A DNA stretch of 32,000 nucleotides from Microcystis aeruginosa NIES-2549 (GTDB lineage: Bacteria; Cyanobacteriota; Cyanobacteriia; Cyanobacteriales; Microcystaceae), in NCBI RefSeq assembly GCF_000981785.2, contig NZ_CP011304.1, forward strand, positions 990,001 to 1,022,000. Direction: 5' to 3'. Position 1 is the stretch's first letter. Each line of letters opens with the position of its first letter. The notes beneath the pieces were generated by a model. The model did no database searches. It saw only the letters and a program-made list of their open reading frames with translations, and was not told the origin of the DNA. Of this stretch, positions 17,463-25,262 are shown piece by piece. Made by a program: the position numbers and the translations under genes.

Positions 17463-18327
17463 CTCTAATTGCCTCTAATTCGCTTTTAATACTTAATGGT
17501 TGATAACCCAAAGAAAAAGCAAGAGAACTATCAAGAGAAACATCCTGGGGACGGGGCGCACTCATGGGAACATCGGACTGTAAACAGGGTTTTATTTGTT
17601 CTCTGGGAATGTTAAAAACTGCCGCCATTAGTAAACCAAATTGATAACGAGAAACTCTTTCTTTACCCCCCAGATGAATAATCCCTTGCGCTTTTTCTAA
17701 TGCCAAAAGTAAACCATTCACCGCACTATTAACCCCAACAGCTGTGCGATATTCATCAGTAAATAGAGATAGTTCTTTTCCCTCTTGCAGGGTTTTTAAA
17801 AAGGGTTGCAGAAAACTATTAGCGCTGGGAGAAGGGGAACCAAACATCAAAGGCATTCGACAAATAGCCGCCCGAGGATATATTGCTAAAATACCCTTTT
17901 CTGCCGCTACTTTTTGCTCACCATAGATACTGACGGGAGAAACAGGATCATTTTCGGAATAGGGGGCATTTTTACCATCAAAAACTAAATCGGTAGAGGT
18001 AAAAACTAGGGGTATTTGATATTGACTACATAAACGGGCAATTTCTAGAGAAGCTGTCAGATTAATTGCCTCGGATGCTTGGGGAAATTCTTGACAGAGA
18101 TTCGGTTTTGATTGGGCAGCCCCATGAATTACTGCGTCGGGTTTAATCCGTTGAAAAATTTCTTTAACTGCGGCTAAGTCTGTTAAGTTAACTTTAATTA
18201 AATTCGGGTCATTACTATTGACATTGTGATTAAAATATGTACCAAAACTTGCCCAAGATGAGCGCGTTTTTTGGTAAATATGCCAACCTAAAAACCCACT
18301 AACTCCAGTGATTAACAGCGTTTTCAT
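17449..18327 (-). CDS. RmlD-like NAD(P)-dependent sugar reductase/epimerase (dTDP-4-dehydrorhamnose reductase family)
   Basis: LLITGVSGFLGWH Rossmann motif and YGEQK catalytic YxxxK. The 292-aa length is typical of the RmlD substrate-binding-domain family. No other rml genes are present. Confidence 0.7.
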   Translation of the reverse strand: MKTLLITGVSGFLGWHIYQKTRSSWASFGTYFNHNVNSNDPNLIKVNLTDLAAVKEIFQRIKPDAVIHGAAQSKPNLCQEFPQASEAINLTASLEIARLCSQYQIPLVFTSTDLVFDGKNAPYSENDPVSPVSIYGEQKVAAEKGILAIYPRAAICRMPLMFGSPSPSANSFLQPFLKTLQEGKELSLFTDEYRTAVGVNSAVNGLLLALEKAQGIIHLGGKERVSRYQFGLLMAAVFNIPREQIKPCLQSDVPMSAPRPQDVSLDSSLAFSLGYQPLSIKSELEAIRDEII

Positions 18328-18330
18328 AGT

Positions 18331-18639
18331 TTAGAGATTAAATCCTTTTTCGTAGGCTAAAAACTGCACTTGTGGTTCCAAAGGTTCACTAACTAAACCA
18401 ATTCCTGCAAATCCCCATCGCTGCATCAGTCCCTTTAATTGTGTTCCTGAGAGAGTTTCCACAGAAAAATTATTGGCTAAATCCTGAGCATGGGTATTGA
18501 TATAACTTAAAGCATCGTAGGATTCTTTAAACAGAAGCAGATAACTGGCCGGAGTTTCGCTTTCACCTTTTCTCAGACGCGCCACTAGGTATTGTCCGTC
18601 TTGTTTTGACCTGAGTAAATAATGTGTATTTGCTAACAT
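18331..18639 (-). CDS. Conserved-looking hypothetical protein (102 aa)
   Basis: An ORF with coding-like composition, 3 nt upstream of the RmlD-like gene on the same strand. I do not securely recognise a family. Confidence 0.5.
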   Translation of the reverse strand: MLANTHYLLRSKQDGQYLVARLRKGESETPASYLLLFKESYDALSYINTHAQDLANNFSVETLSGTQLKGLMQRWGFAGIGLVSEPLEPQVQFLAYEKGFNL

Positions 18640-18649
18640 AGTTGGTTAA

Positions 18650-18696
18650 GTAAAAAGTGAAAAGAACGTAGGTTGGGTTGAAGCATGAAACCCAAC
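18650..18696 (-). terminator. Possible intrinsic terminator after the ABC permease gene
   Basis: GTTGGGTT (18672-18679) pairs with AACCCAAC (18689-18696) across a 9-nt loop. On the minus strand it is followed by a T-rich run (CTTTTCACTTTTT). Confidence 0.35.
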
Positions 18697-18706
18697 GCCA
18701 TTTCCC

Positions 18707-19768
18707 CTACTTTAAATCCTCCAATTTAATCCTAGGATCTACAGCTTTGAGAAGTAAATCAGCCAGGAGATTACCGATAATCAACATAGTAGCCCCCATC
18801 ATTAAACTGCCCATAACTAAATATAAATCTTTCGCCGTCACAGCTTGCAGAATTAAACGACCTAATCCGGGCCAGTTAAAGAAAAATTCGGCGATAAATG
18901 CCCCACTTAGCAAACTAGAAAATTCAAAGCCCAAAAGAGTTATCAGGGGATTAATAGCATTGCGTAAAGCGTGGACATAGATAACTTTATTTTCCGGTAA
19001 ACCTTTCGCCCTGGCGGTTTGAATATAATCCTGTCGCAGAACATCTAATAATTGTCCCCGCATCAATCTTTGTAATCCAGCAAAACTGGTAACTGTCAGG
19101 GCAATAGTTGGTAAAATCATGTGCCAAGCGATATCTAAAACTTTACCGATAGGGGAATATTCCGAATAGTTAATACTGGTCATATCACCCACCGGTAAAA
19201 GCGGCGAAACATTTTGGGCAAGAATTAGCAGTAAAAGGGCAGTGATAAAACTGGGGAAACCTTGACCAAGATAACTGATAACTCGGAAAAATTTATCGAT
19301 AAATTGGTTTTGTTTGACGGCGCTGAGAATGCCCAAGGGAATCGCAATCGCCCAGGTTAAAATGATGGAAGTCAAAGACATTAATAACGTCGCTGGAATT
19401 CTCTCTAATAATAGGGAAGACACGGGACGAAAATAGGTAAAACTCAGACCAAAATTAAACTGAGTTACCACTTGCCACAACCATTTAACATACTGGACAA
19501 TCGCCGGGTCTTTTAAACCAAAAAGGGCAATATATTGTTCTTTAGTTTCCTGACTAATCTTGGGATTAAGGTCAAGCAAAGCCAGAAAACCGCCGGGGGT
19601 TAATTGGATAATAGCAAAACTCAAAGCCGAAGCCAACAACAGAGTTAATAAACCCTGGAGAACACGCTTGACAATATATAAAAAAGTTTCGCTAGTTAGG
19701 AGAGATTGTAACCCATTAGCACTCGATCGAGCGTTTGCAGCCTTATAATTATCATCAGTCGCCGTCAT
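18707..19768 (-). CDS. ABC transporter permease, DppB/OppB-like (peptide/nickel family)
   Basis: Multi-span membrane protein with the EAA-type loop DYIQTARAKGLPENKVIYVHALRNAINPLITLLG. I prefer ATG 19768 (MTATDD...), which leaves 10 nt after the apt stop. The track's 19831 start would overlap apt by 53 nt. Confidence 0.8.
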   Translation of the reverse strand: MTATDDNYKAANARSSANGLQSLLTSETFLYIVKRVLQGLLTLLLASALSFAIIQLTPGGFLALLDLNPKISQETKEQYIALFGLKDPAIVQYVKWLWQVVTQFNFGLSFTYFRPVSSLLLERIPATLLMSLTSIILTWAIAIPLGILSAVKQNQFIDKFFRVISYLGQGFPSFITALLLLILAQNVSPLLPVGDMTSINYSEYSPIGKVLDIAWHMILPTIALTVTSFAGLQRLMRGQLLDVLRQDYIQTARAKGLPENKVIYVHALRNAINPLITLLGFEFSSLLSGAFIAEFFFNWPGLGRLILQAVTAKDLYLVMGSLMMGATMLIIGNLLADLLLKAVDPRIKLEDLK

Positions 19769-19778
19769 AGAAAAAAAC

Positions 19779-20297
19779 CTAATAATCGATGAGGGTAATA
19801 ATCGGTAAATCGGGTAATTTTTCCCGACCACCGAGGTCGATTAACTCGATGATAAAAGCAAATCCTAACACCTCACAACCAATTTTTTCTAATAAATCGG
19901 CCGTTGCTTTCGCCGTCCCTCCCGTCGCGATTAAATCATCGACAATTAAGACTTTGTGATGGGATGCCACCGCGTCCTGATGAATTTCCAGGCTATCGCT
20001 TCCGTATTCCAAATCATACTCGATACTATGAACGGCGGCGGGTAATTTGCCCGGTTTCCGGACAGGAATAAATCCCGCTTCTAATTGGTATGCTAAAGGA
20101 ACACCAAAGAGAAAACCCCTGGATTCCATACCGACAATGTAATCGGGGGATAAACCGTAATCGCGACACTTTGCCGTTAGGGTATCGATCGTGTAACGTA
20201 ATCCTTGGGGATGATTGAGTAGGGTAGTAATATCGCGGAAGACAATACCCGGTTTGGGAAAGTCGGGAATATCGCGAATCAATGATTTCAGATCCAT
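19779..20297 (-). CDS. apt: Adenine phosphoribosyltransferase
   Basis: 172 aa. [18 protein letters not shown] and the PRPP-binding [14 protein letters not shown] motif. Confidence 0.93.
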   Translation of the reverse strand: MDLKSLIRDIPDFPKPGIVFRDITTLLNHPQGLRYTIDTLTAKCRDYGLSPDYIVGMESRGFLFGVPLAYQLEAGFIPVRKPGKLPAAVHSIEYDLEYGSDSLEIHQDAVASHHKVLIVDDLIATGGTAKATADLLEKIGCEVLGFAFIIELIDLGGREKLPDLPIITLIDY

Positions 20298-20395
20298 TCG
20301 GTTTCCGTGTCTCGTAAAATGGGGGACAGCTATCTATACAATACAATTTACAATACCCTGACTCGATCGCCCTTGTGTTTTAGTTCTCCTATATC

Positions 20396-21022
20396 ATGAC
20401 CCCTACTAGCCTAACGCCCGAATCTACAACATCAGCCCCAGAAAAACCGTTTATTTTAAGCGTTTTACCCGATTTTCCGATTGCCAGTCAGCAATGCGCC
20501 CTACATCTCCAACAGCATATCGATTTAATGCTGTTAGCGTTGGAATCCTTAGAAGTCGGTGCCGGGGAGGCCCTGTTAGCCCTCTGTAAAGAACTAGGAC
20601 TCGATAAAATTGTCAAAAACCGGATTATTTTCTGGCGCTTACGCTGTACCAATCCGTGGCGAATTTCCTACACCCTCGACCGTCTCACCCTTGACCAAGC
20701 AAAAGCTTTAGTTATCATTGCCAGTTATCGGGCCAAACCTCTAGCTATATCCATCAGACAATTACTGTTAGCGCGGCAACAGATGGAATCAAAGGGTTTA
20801 CCCGTGGATAATAATTTTCTTTTATCAGAATACCTAGAAAGATTTCGCTCCAATTTTCGCAGTCGCATGAACCCCCGTCGGGCCAAAGTATCGGTTTATC
20901 TTGCCGATGAAAATGCTTTAAATGAACTGGCTTTATCCCTCCTCGATCGGTTATTATTTTGTACTGGTACGACGGGAATGCAGCGGTTTTGGATTAGTTT
21001 ATTTGATGGGGAGATAGTGTAA
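20396..21022 (+). CDS. Cyanobacteria-specific hypothetical protein (I recall this family as DUF3038)
   Basis: 208-aa ORF with coding-like composition. The family name is from memory and was not verified. Confidence 0.55.
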   Translation: MTPTSLTPESTTSAPEKPFILSVLPDFPIASQQCALHLQQHIDLMLLALESLEVGAGEALLALCKELGLDKIVKNRIIFWRLRCTNPWRISYTLDRLTLDQAKALVIIASYRAKPLAISIRQLLLARQQMESKGLPVDNNFLLSEYLERFRSNFRSRMNPRRAKVSVYLADENALNELALSLLDRLLFCTGTTGMQRFWISLFDGEIV

Positions 21023-21024
21023 AA

Positions 21025-21678
21025 ATGAGAAGACAGTATAGCCTGCCCAATTGTACCCTGATTCTCGATGGTTTCGGCGATGATTTTGCCCCGGCTAACC
21101 CCGGTGATAGCCGACCTTTACTCTCAATTTTGACTAACGTAGAATGTCGGTTAATCGGGGCCAATAAAGTCCCGCAAGGTGGTCGGGTTTTCTTGGAAAA
21201 TTTGGTACAAGCGGTCAGTCAGTATGCCCAAGAATTTTTAAGTGGTGTTCGTCATCCCCAAGACCCCGTCCATGAACCAGATCATGTGTACCTAGAAAAG
21301 ATTGACCAGAATCTCCATCGTCTGGTCTGGTATCCATCAACGGACTTGAACATCCCAGAAAGTCCGGTCAAGATAGAAATCAGTACCGTGCAGTTATTCG
21401 ATTTAATAGAAGCGATTGACCAATTTTTTGCCGATACTCGCACTTTACCTGACCTAACCCTGAAATTACAGCCAGTTTCCCGTCGCTACCATAAGGTGAA
21501 TGAATCGGCGGCCAGTCGAACAGTACCTTTTTTGGCGGGATTAGGCAGTCTTGTCGCTTGCGCCCTACTTTTCTATCTGTTACCCGTCCCCCAAGTCCGT
21601 AAACCCGAAAATCCCCCCATTCCCGCCGCTTCTCCCAGTCCTACCGTCCCCACTAATCCTGTCCCCCCTCCCAGATAA
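21025..21678 (+). CDS. Cyanobacteria-specific hypothetical protein with C-terminal TM segment and Pro-rich tail (I recall this family as DUF4335)
   Basis: N-terminus RRQYSLPNCTLILDGFGD, a TM-like FLAGLGSLVACALLFYLLPV, then PENPPIPAASPSPTVPTNPVPPP. Starts 2 nt after the preceding stop (GTGTAAAAATG). Confidence 0.55.
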   Translation: MRRQYSLPNCTLILDGFGDDFAPANPGDSRPLLSILTNVECRLIGANKVPQGGRVFLENLVQAVSQYAQEFLSGVRHPQDPVHEPDHVYLEKIDQNLHRLVWYPSTDLNIPESPVKIEISTVQLFDLIEAIDQFFADTRTLPDLTLKLQPVSRRYHKVNESAASRTVPFLAGLGSLVACALLFYLLPVPQVRKPENPPIPAASPSPTVPTNPVPPPR

Positions 21679-21997
21679 AATTAGGACCCTCGGCCACATC
21701 TGCAAAGGGAGTAATAGGAATGTGGTTATAAATTTCGGCATTCTTTGCCTGAGCTTGACGGAGATCGTAGTCTGTTTGAAGATTCAGCCAAAACTGAGGA
21801 CTGTTACCGAAATATCGTGACAGACGCAAAGCTGTATCCGCAGTGATACTACGCTTACCCGCTAAAATCTCACCGATACGAGTTTGAGCTACGCTTAAAT
21901 CTTTGCTCAGTCTGTAGGGGGTAATATTGAGCGGTTCCAGAAAATCTAACTTGAGGATTTCACCGGGGTGGATATTGGGCAAATGGTCGCTGTTCAT
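21653..21997 (-). CDS. higA: HigA-family antitoxin (XRE-type HTH)
   Basis: IHPGEILKLDFLEPLNITPYRLSKDLSVAQTRIGEILAGKRSITADTALRLSRYFGNSPQFWLNLQTDYDL is the HigA/VapI signature. Its 3' end overlaps the convergent 21025-21678 ORF by 26 nt. Confidence 0.85.
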   Translation of the reverse strand: MNSDHLPNIHPGEILKLDFLEPLNITPYRLSKDLSVAQTRIGEILAGKRSITADTALRLSRYFGNSPQFWLNLQTDYDLRQAQAKNAEIYNHIPITPFADVAEGPNFIWEGGQD

Positions 21998-22012
21998 TGC
22001 ATTTAGCTAATT

Positions 22013-22039
22013 TTAGTGGTAGTCCACCACGCTCGAATC
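22013..22039 (-). pseudogene. Remnant of the higB toxin gene (last ~8 codons only)
   Basis: The minus strand reads DSSVVDYH-stop, ending 15 nt upstream of the higA ATG. IVDYH-stop is the typical HigB (plasmid-maintenance killer) C-terminus. An in-frame TAG at 22042-22040 precedes the stub, and the heptamer array begins about 40 nt further upstream. Confidence 0.5.
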
Positions 22040-22080
22040 CTAACGCCTAACAATACTATTGTCAAGCAGACGTAAGCCTT

Positions 22081-22167
22081 CACCCCACACCCCACACCCT
22101 ACACCCCACACCCTACACCCCACACCCTACACCCTACACCCCACACCCCACACCCCACACCCTACAC
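22081..22167. repeat. Tandem heptamer array, about 12.4 units of ACACCCC/ACACCCT (STRR-like)
   Basis: Read directly: caccccacaccccacaccctacaccccacaccct... It is continuous for 87 nt with only the C/T alternation at one position. Confidence 0.9.
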
Positions 22168-22214
22168 TGTCTCAGTTTTTTAGAGAAAGTACCCGAGAAA
22201 AACCTGATTTTTTT

Positions 22215-22243
22215 TTCACAAGTTAGAAAAATTGTGTTATATT
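22215..22243 (+). promoter_or_regulatory. Candidate promoter of speH (TTCACA, 17 nt spacer, TG-extended TATATT)
   Basis: TTCACA at 22215-22220, a 17-nt spacer ending in TGT, and TATATT at 22238-22243. AGGGAG Shine-Dalgarno at 22269-22274, 13 nt before ATG 22288. Sequence match only. Confidence 0.4.
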
Positions 22244-22287
22244 GGTAAATCTGTGAAGGTTTTTCGATAGGGAGTATTGAAAAAAAA

Positions 22288-22695
22288 ATGACCAAACTGG
22301 GAACCCATTTGATTGTCGATGCTTGGCAAGTACCTGCTGACCTCCTCAACGATCCCGAGCGCATTCGTCGCGCTATCCTCGATGGAATTACGGCAGGAGA
22401 AGCAACGCTGATCGATTTGTGTGTCCACCAGTTCAGTCCCCACGGAGTTACCGCGACGGCGACTTTAGCTGAATCTCATATCGCGATCCACACCTGGCCT
22501 GAACACGGCTATTTCGCCGCCGATTTATTCTTCTGTGGTGCCGGTAAACCCGTGGTTGCCATGGAAATTTTGACCAAATCCCTGCAAGCAGGTGAGATTA
22601 AAGTGCGGGAACTAACCAGAGGATTCCCCGGTCCTGCGGCAGTTTATGAAAGCAAAAAGGAAGAACCCCTTAAGTCTTCCCTGGTTATGGCCTAA
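22288..22695 (+). CDS. speH: S-adenosylmethionine decarboxylase proenzyme (small pyruvoyl-dependent class 1 type)
   Basis: LGTHLIVDAW...LAESHIAIHTWPEHGYFAADLFFCG contains the ES self-cleavage site and the conserved HTWPE block. Confidence 0.88.
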   Translation: MTKLGTHLIVDAWQVPADLLNDPERIRRAILDGITAGEATLIDLCVHQFSPHGVTATATLAESHIAIHTWPEHGYFAADLFFCGAGKPVVAMEILTKSLQAGEIKVRELTRGFPGPAAVYESKKEEPLKSSLVMA

Positions 22696-22754
22696 TTTTT
22701 AGGGCCGGCCTCAATAATAAGTTAGCAGCACTGGCAATCGCCTAAACTGAAATC

Positions 22755-23060
22755 GTGATCAGGATAACCTTTGTTTTTATCCTCGCCCTCTTTCCCTCTC
22801 TCGTTAGTCTCTGGTTGATTAACCGATCCCAACAGAGATTAAGCAACCGTTTGAGGGGGATTCGCTATCGTCACGAATACAGCCAGGTGATGGCCAGTGA
22901 TTTTTTGTCAATCCCTCTAGGGACAGAAAATAAACCGGCCTTGATCGGTGATCTTAGTTGTCGTTTTAATGCCTATTCCCCCCATTTGCGTTGTGCGGTT
23001 AATCCCACAGGTCCCTGTGAAGGTTGTCGGCAGTACGAAGCTAAAACCGGCACAGTGTAA
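22755..23060 (+). CDS. Small membrane-anchored Cys-rich protein, function unknown
   Basis: GTG start and an N-terminal TM segment (ITFVFILALFPSLVSLWLI). The C-terminal CRFNAYSPHLRCAVNPTGPCEGCRQYE has four Cys in a C-x10-C-x8-C-x2-C arrangement. It may correspond to a cyanobacterial DUF, but I am unsure. Confidence 0.5.
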   Translation: MIRITFVFILALFPSLVSLWLINRSQQRLSNRLRGIRYRHEYSQVMASDFLSIPLGTENKPALIGDLSCRFNAYSPHLRCAVNPTGPCEGCRQYEAKTGTV

Positions 23061-23138
23061 GCGGCTTGAGCTTCCAAACAGTTCCCTATTTGCTATCCTT
23101 AAAAATTATCGCTATCGCAATTGAGGAGTGTGGGAATA

Positions 23139-23651
23139 ATGGCGTTCAAACGAAATTTGACCCTCTTAATCATCGGATTAGGATTAACTTGTTTACCCCT
23201 ATATCCGGCCCAAGCTAACCAAATCAGCACTGTCACCCCGAATACGGCGGCCAATCAAACTCTCGCTACCCATCTAGTCCTAAAACTGAAAGAGAGAAAA
23301 GTTTACGTTTATCAAGATAGTAAAGTTTTAGCACAATTTACCGTCGCCGTCGGCAAAAAAGGCTGGGAAACCCCCACAGGTAAATTTGAGGTGCGGGAAT
23401 TAGTTCGCAATCCCGTCTGGAAAAGTCCCTGGACGGGAAAAGTCAGCGCTCCCGGTCCCAATAGTCCCCTAGGGGAAAGATGGATCGGTTTTTGGAGTGA
23501 CGGCAAAAATTCCATCGGTTTTCATGGCACCCCCGCGGAAAATTCCCTCGGTAGCGCCGCTTCCCATGGTTGTGTGCGGATGCGGAATCGGGATGTGAAA
23601 GTGTTGTTTGATTTAGTCCGCATGGGAACCCCCGTCATCGTTCAACCTTAA
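23139..23651 (+). CDS. L,D-transpeptidase (YkuD domain), secreted
   Basis: Signal peptide LTLLIIGLGLTCLPLYPAQA. The catalytic block is IGFHGT...SHGCVRM. GAGGAG Shine-Dalgarno at 23123-23128 favours ATG 23139 over the track's TTG 23121. Confidence 0.85.
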   Translation: MAFKRNLTLLIIGLGLTCLPLYPAQANQISTVTPNTAANQTLATHLVLKLKERKVYVYQDSKVLAQFTVAVGKKGWETPTGKFEVRELVRNPVWKSPWTGKVSAPGPNSPLGERWIGFWSDGKNSIGFHGTPAENSLGSAASHGCVRMRNRDVKVLFDLVRMGTPVIVQP

Positions 23652-24263
23652 TTCCGGCAGGTATTTTTTTAAGATGAGCAGGTCTTCCGGGCGGTCAATA
23701 TCGGCTAATTTAGGCAGATAGGCGGTTTTTAAAGCCAGTTTAGCGGCGATTGTCTGAGTTTTGGCCAAGACTTCCCCCGTCCCCCAAGGAATACCGTCAA
23801 AAAGCTCTGGAAAGACCTGTTTTAAAGCAATTAGGTAGTATCCCCCATCTAACGCCGGCCCTAAAACCATATCGTGGGTTTTTAGGGCTTCAAAGGCTGC
23901 TAAAATCTCTTTTTCCCCGATTTCTGGGCAATCTGTGCCAATCATAGCGATCGCTGTCATCCCTTGAGCAAAACCATCGGCAAAAGCATTTTGCATCTTT
24001 TCTCCTAAGTCTTTTCCCCGTTGAGAATGATAGGAATAATGCACACCTAACCAAGTACGCATTTTTTCCTCGCTGCCGCCATGATAGTAAATGATCAGGG
24101 AGAGAAAACTCCTCAAACCCGCTAATTTACTGAGGGTATATTCGGCCAGTTTGCGGTGTAATTCTTCGGCTCCCTTGGCTGCCAAAGCTGGAATCATACG
24201 GGTTTTTACTTTCCCCAATTCTGGGTAACGGGTAAAAATAATCAGTTGTTGTCTCCAGTCCAC
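23613..24263 (-). CDS. DUF2064/TIGR04282-type glycosyltransferase-fold protein
   Basis: LIIFTRYPELGKVKTRMIPAL...IGTDCPE...LGPALDGGYYLIAL matches the DUF2064 pattern. Its 3' end overlaps the convergent L,D-transpeptidase gene by 39 nt. Confidence 0.7.
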   Translation of the reverse strand: MDWRQQLIIFTRYPELGKVKTRMIPALAAKGAEELHRKLAEYTLSKLAGLRSFLSLIIYYHGGSEEKMRTWLGVHYSYHSQRGKDLGEKMQNAFADGFAQGMTAIAMIGTDCPEIGEKEILAAFEALKTHDMVLGPALDGGYYLIALKQVFPELFDGIPWGTGEVLAKTQTIAAKLALKTAYLPKLADIDRPEDLLILKKYLPELRLNDDGGSHAD

Positions 24264-24381
24264 GAGTGATTGCGACGATGATATTAATTATTAGTTTTAG
24301 CCTACTGTTAATAGGAGGCAGCAAACCCAATAAAACAGGCGTTCTGCCGGTAATCACCGTCTGGCCCCGGCGGTGAGGATG

Positions 24382-24537
24382 TCAAATTACAATATAGACG
24401 GTCACTGACCCCGACGCTCTAAAAACTCTTTGTCGAAGATGATTATTTAATCTTTTAATAGGATTAGTTTGACCAGTTTCTTTACTGTCTCTTACGGTTT
24501 CCGTAGCGCCGCTAGAACCACTGATAACAGAGGACAT
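24382..24537 (-). CDS. Possible 51-aa micro-ORF coupled to the SGNH hydrolase gene
   Basis: MSSVISGSSGATETVRDSKETGQTNPIKRLNNHLRQRVFRASGSVTVYIVI. Its ATG (24537-24535) shares one base with the TGA stop (24539-24537) of the upstream gene, a TGATG junction. There is no recognisable family and the composition is only weakly protein-like. Confidence 0.25.
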   Translation of the reverse strand: MSSVISGSSGATETVRDSKETGQTNPIKRLNNHLRQRVFRASGSVTVYIVI

Positions 24538-25262
24538 CACTTTTCTACAATTCCTGTGAACGGTTGAATAAAACCATCCACACCGACAAAGGAGGTGAGG
24601 GGCGACCAGTTTAAAATATCCTCTAAAATTGATTGATAGCCCTGGACATTGGGATGAAGTCCATCTTCCATTAATCTTTCTTGACACCACAGATCACCCC
24701 GGTTCATCCAGAGATCAAATAAATCGAGATAGGGAATATTTTGATCTAGACAAGCTTGTTTGGTGGTTTCCTTAAAACTATACTGATCGCGATGGTTGAA
24801 GTAAAAACAATCTAAAAAGGGCATTTTCCGCTCATCCACGGGAATCATACCTATAAACAAAACCGGGCAAAGAGAACGGGCCCGGGTGAGTAAATGTTCG
24901 ATTTGAGTTTGAAAAAGATCGTGATCGGTATAGGTGCGACCATCCGGCCGGCCTAAACGGGCTGTATCATTAACACCGACGGAGAGAAGAATCAGGTCAG
25001 GAAGACGATTGCGAATTTCCCCCCTGAGACGAAATTCTTGTTCTAAACGTTCGGACACTTGTACCACTCGATCGCCGCGAATCCCCAAATTATACAGGGC
25101 ATGACCGGCACTTTCCATCCACAAACGACGTAAGCGTTCGGCCCAACCGCCACCCACGGGGTCGCCATAGCCATAAACAAGGCTATCTCCTAAAGCGACG
25201 ATTTTGAGGGGATGGGTCATGATTAAGGCTTTGTCTTTAGTAGGAGGAGGAAGAGTTTGCAT
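24537..25262 (-). CDS. SGNH/GDSL-family hydrolase (esterase/lipase-like)
   Basis: Block I IVALGDSLVYGYG, block III LSVGVNDT and block V DGLHPN. The alternative start ATG 25220 (MTHPLKIVALGDS) is equally plausible. Confidence 0.85.
   Translation of the reverse strand: MQTLPPPTKDKALIMTHPLKIVALGDSLVYGYGDPVGGGWAERLRRLWMESAGHALYNLGIRGDRVVQVSERLEQEFRLRGEIRNRLPDLILLSVGVNDTARLGRPDGRTYTDHDLFQTQIEHLLTRARSLCPVLFIGMIPVDERKMPFLDCFYFNHRDQYSFKETTKQACLDQNIPYLDLFDLWMNRGDLWCQERLMEDGLHPNVQGYQSILEDILNWSPLTSFVGVDGFIQPFTGIVEK

Noticed and set aside
19769-19831. A 21-codon N-terminal extension of the ABC permease that overlaps apt by 53 nt.
   Set aside because: The internal ATG 19768 gives a normal-length permease and leaves a clean 10-nt gap after the apt stop.
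22028-22045. GCTCGAATCC, resembling a tRNA T-arm (GGTTCGAATCC).
   Set aside because: I could not draw an acceptor stem, anticodon arm or D-arm in the flanking sequence. The segment is better explained as the higB remnant.
22081-22167. The heptamer array, considered as a CRISPR, a telomere-like element or coding sequence (ORF 22134-22364 reads through it).
   Set aside because: The unit is 7 nt with no spacers. The minus-strand ORFs at 22134-22364 and 22237-22443 run through the repeat and the speH promoter and start, and they have implausible composition. STRR-type simple repeats are the sufficient explanation.
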